Positions 59,900-64,000 of a stretch of 64,000 bases of DNA are shown here, piece by piece. Every line of letters begins with the position of its first letter. Position 1 is the stretch's first letter. This stretch comes from the human T2T-CHM13v2.0 reference genome, Homo sapiens: the NCBI RefSeq assembly GCF_009914755.1, contig NC_060932.1; one strand, given 5' to 3'. The position numbers and the translations under genes were made by a program. The notes beneath the pieces are model-generated. The model was not told where the DNA came from, made no database searches, and saw only the letters and a list, made by a program, of their open reading frames with translations.

Positions 59900-62300
59900 A
59901 AATACTCTGAAATCCCTGTCCTGAACACCTAGCTGACTTGTCTCACGGTGAGTCACCGCCAGCCTGGGCGGAAAGGGCAGTAATGAGAACAGCCAGCTCA
60001 GTGGTCCAGGAGACGTCGGTTCCGGCTGCCTGCAATGGGGATCACCTGTTGCTGATGAATGACAAACACCTGGATTTTCATTCTATCCTGCTAGTTTAGG
60101 AAGTTATTTTCCAACCCAAATTTAAATCAAAGAAGTGAGTCAACCTCCCCACCTACAGGCTAACAGTGGCTAGGGAGACGTGCACTTACAGGTTATTAGA
60201 CAGATGTCTGGGGCATATTCAGCTTACGGGTGTTGGAAAACTTTCAGTGTCCAAAGGAGACCCAGCACCAGGAAGGTGCTCCTGAGAGCTCCAGGGAAGC
60301 AGGAGCAGGCTGACCTTTCCCTCGGCTGCGCCGCCACGCTGTGAAATTACTGCCTATGAGTCAGACTCCGGGGAGATGGCACGGGCTAAATATAACGCTG
60401 GGCAGGCTGTCCGACGCGTCATTAACCTTTTTCCTTCAGAACAAAGGCGGATAACCCACCGAACACAAAACAAAAGTAGCGCATAATATGACAAATGGCC
60501 AACATAATCCGAAAATAATTGCAGATCTGAATTAAACTGTAAGATGTGAATTGATTTCAGCTCGAAGATGTAGAGAGCTGGAAACAACAATGCGCCCCTC
60601 TTGTGACGAGGTAAAAGAGTTGGATATACTGAAAATTAACTTTCCCTGCCTGATCAGAGAGCTGGGGCCACGGGGAAAACAGCTAGCCTGGAATGGAGAG
60701 AGAGGCCCCTGCAGGGGAAGCGCGACCCCCGTGCTGACGCCGGGGCTCCAGCAAACACCAGGCAAAGCAACAAAAAGCTTCAGCTGGAACCTTCAGGAAC
60801 TGCCCAAGGCTAGGGTGGGCTGGCAAGAGTGGAGGGGCCCGGGCGCTGCAGACATAGGGGCTTCCCACCAGGAGCTCACTGGGAAGAGGGAGCAGGCCCC
60901 GGAGAAAGCTGCTCCTTGGAGCAGCTGGCTTGGGGGCACCAGGCCAGCCTCCCTTTCTGTTTCACGGAGTCAAAGCAGAGGGAAGAACAACGAAGACGGC
61001 AGCAGTGTGAGGGCACGGAGGGAAGCCCCACGCCAGCCTCCACCCAGACGCACCACCCTCAGCCCCCTCAAATCAGGAGCCCACAGGCAGGCGGGCAGCT
61101 GGGGGTGGAGGGGCGCTGAGCTGCATGAGCACATGAGGACGTCTGGAGAGACCGAGCCTAGGAACAAAGTGTAAGAGGGCCTCAGATGGGGCCCTCGGGA
61201 GTTCCAGTGTTTCCAGGTAAAGAGGAAAAGGAAGAATCTCCAACTGAATGGGACAGAGAGCTGCTTCTGAGGCAGTAAGAAAAGCAAGAGTATTGGGGGA
61301 GGATGCAGCCACCAGGCGCTAGGAACAAAAAACAAGTAAGACTCCGGCCCTGCCCGCGAGATGAGGGTGGTGGAGTGAGAAGGACCAAAGTGCAGGTGTG
61401 CTTCCCTTTGCTCGGGACTCACTGGCACGGAGGCCGCATCCACCTCCTCACGGCCGTGGAGGGGATGCGTGGGAGGCGCCTGGACACCTACACCAACACA
61501 CCGTGCACTCCGCCAGGTCCTCTGCTCTCGCCAGCCCCTGGGCTCTCTGGCCTCAGGAAAGAACCCAAGTTTCCATGAAATCCCTGGCCTTCTTCTTAGT
61601 AACACGTTTGTGGGAAAAACTCAGGCAAATAGAAATTGCAAAGAGAAAAAGAAATATTATGGCATTAAGATTCCAATCACCTTTGTCTTTGAATTCTGGG
61701 TAATTCAGGATGAGTCACTGTTCTTTAAAAAATAAGACTACGAATTCCAAAAATTAGTATTTATTTTCAAGAGCAGTAGCAGATGAGGACAAAGACACTG
61801 AATAACTGTCCCAATTTCAGAGTACAATAAGGGGGGAAGGGGCAAGTTATGAAAGTGAATATAATGCGTTCAAGAGCGATGGCTCTCGAATAAAATTAAT
61901 TCCTGACCACAATGATAAGTGGAAGCATCCGTTATCATTAAATTGTGAAGAAGCCAAATATAATGAAATGCCAAATAGACATGTTTTTTTTTCACCCTAG
62001 TCTCCAGTTCTGCACAAAGAACTGAACTGATTCCAACTTCCCACAGGCAGTTTGTCTTTCGCCTGATAAACATGAGGCATTTCAGGCAAAAAGAACTGCA
62101 TTTTTCTAGGGGGGACAGAAGAGATTCTAATGGGAGCTCACGAAACTACTTGACCTGCTACTAAATTGTGTAATGCAAACCCAGCAGCGTCCAATGGTGA
62201 CAGTGCGCAGGGGCTCCGAGGGGAGGACTGGGGAGAATTCTGACCCCCCCAGGCTACGGGATCTCCCCTACCACTGCATGTCCACATCGCCTCTTGCTCT
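59900..62300. promoter_or_regulatory. Candidate intronic enhancer
   Basis: About 2.4 kb with no repeat I could recognise, raised CpG, and four TGAGTCA (AP-1) sites at 59949, 60136, 60357 and 61711. Confidence 0.45.
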
Positions 62301-62414
62301 CCAGCTCACCTGGCACACTCCTGGTTAAGACCTTCCTGCCTCAACTTCGGGTGGTTACACTTACCGCCTGCCATACACAGGTAGGTGAATCTCAGATGAC
62401 ACTCCCAAATCTAG

Positions 62415-62687
<273 letters not shown>

Positions 62688-62965
62688 CCACTCACCTTCT
62701 TAAAACAGAGTTTCCCATCATACCAGCCTTCTTTTAAAAAGTTGTCAGCGGCTCTCCAGTATCTTTCAATGAAGTCCAAGTTACTTCTGGAACTTCAGGC
62801 CTTCCACAGCCTACCTGGGCCTGCCATTCCCACGGGGATCCCCTCCTGCTCCTGGGTCATCTAAGCTGTCCAGACCAGCCTTTATTCAGGGCCACCCTGT
62901 CACCTGCATCCCTGCTGGTGGCATCCAGCTCATCTTTAGTCAGGACCTGTTCAAAGACCATTCAG

Positions 62966-63259
62966 GCCGGGTGTGGTGGCTCACACCTGTAATTCCAGCA
63001 CTTTAGGAGGCCGAGGCAGGCAGATCACCTGAGGTCAGGAGTTTGAGACCAGCCTGTCCAACATGATGAAACCCTGTCTCTACTAAAAATACAAAAATTA
63101 GTTGGGCATGGTGGTGTGTCCCTGTAATCCCAGCTACTAGGGAGGAGAATCACTTGAACCCAGGAGATCACTTGAACCCAGGAAGTTGTAGTGAGCTGAG
63201 ATCACACCACTGCACTCCAGCCTGGGAGACAGAGTGAGACTCCATCTCAAAAATAAAAA
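62966..63259 (+). mobile_element. Alu (S-type) with a short internal tandem duplication
   Basis: atcacttgaacccagga occurs twice near 63149-63184. Confidence 0.93.
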
Positions 63260-63262
63260 TTG

Positions 63263-63560
<298 letters not shown>

Positions 63561-64000
63561 GATTTTAAAAGACCCTTCATTCAGAGTTCAGAAAGCAACA
63601 CCAGATCCTCACAGCCAGACAGCTCTCCCGTCTCTGAACTCAGGGTGTGGAACACTCGGCAGCCTTCGCAGCGTGCCTTCCGTCCCTCACTTGCTTAACG
63701 TATGCCAAGAAGCTGCTCTGACCAGGCCTCACTGCATACTGGGAAAGGAGAGAGCACACGGCAGCTACGTGGGAGACTCAGGGAAGGATGAGCTCGAGCT
63801 CTGCCACCACAGGACATGGAGGGAGGGGACACTCAAGGGCTTGCAGGAGGGAGGGGCCGAGTGGGTTGGCAGAAAAAGAGAGACGGACATTCCAGGTGGA
63901 GGGAAGAGCACAGATGAAGGGCATTTCACAAAGGCCAGGGTACGGCATGCAAGGGCCCAGCAACACGAAGAGGCAGACAGAGAGAGAGAGAGAGAGAGGG

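Noticed and set aside
60551-61605. Overlapping 207-aa (+) and 211-aa (-) ORFs
   Set aside because: Non-ATG starts in GC-rich sequence with no recognisable domain; consistent with chance.

Overview
Primate (most likely human) genomic DNA from inside the large TRAPPC9 (NIBP) gene, which is transcribed on the minus strand. The window holds one recognisable coding exon, 43301-43425 (125 nt, translating as (D)[41 protein letters not shown]). From memory this is exon 17, so positions above 43425 are intron 16 and positions below 43301 are the start of the very long intron 17, which further on hosts the imprinted PEG13 locus (not seen here). The rest is mostly interspersed repeats: about 29 Alu pieces, old and young L1 fragments, L2/MIR, solo LTRs (MST, LTR8, MER39-like) and DNA transposons (MER2, MER5, MER8, Tigger4, MER33, MER1), several of them nested. 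The most notable items are a ~2.3 kb VNTR with a 45-bp unit that arose inside an L2, a candidate intronic polyadenylation isoform just after the exon, a 36-nt intron-like segment inside the exon, a 258-bp locally templated insertion splitting an Alu, an Alu-tail (AGAGG)n purine tract, candidate cryptic exons and an AP-1-rich candidate enhancer. I cannot support a wholly new biological system from sequence alone. Repeat subfamily names and boundaries were assigned by eye and are approximate.
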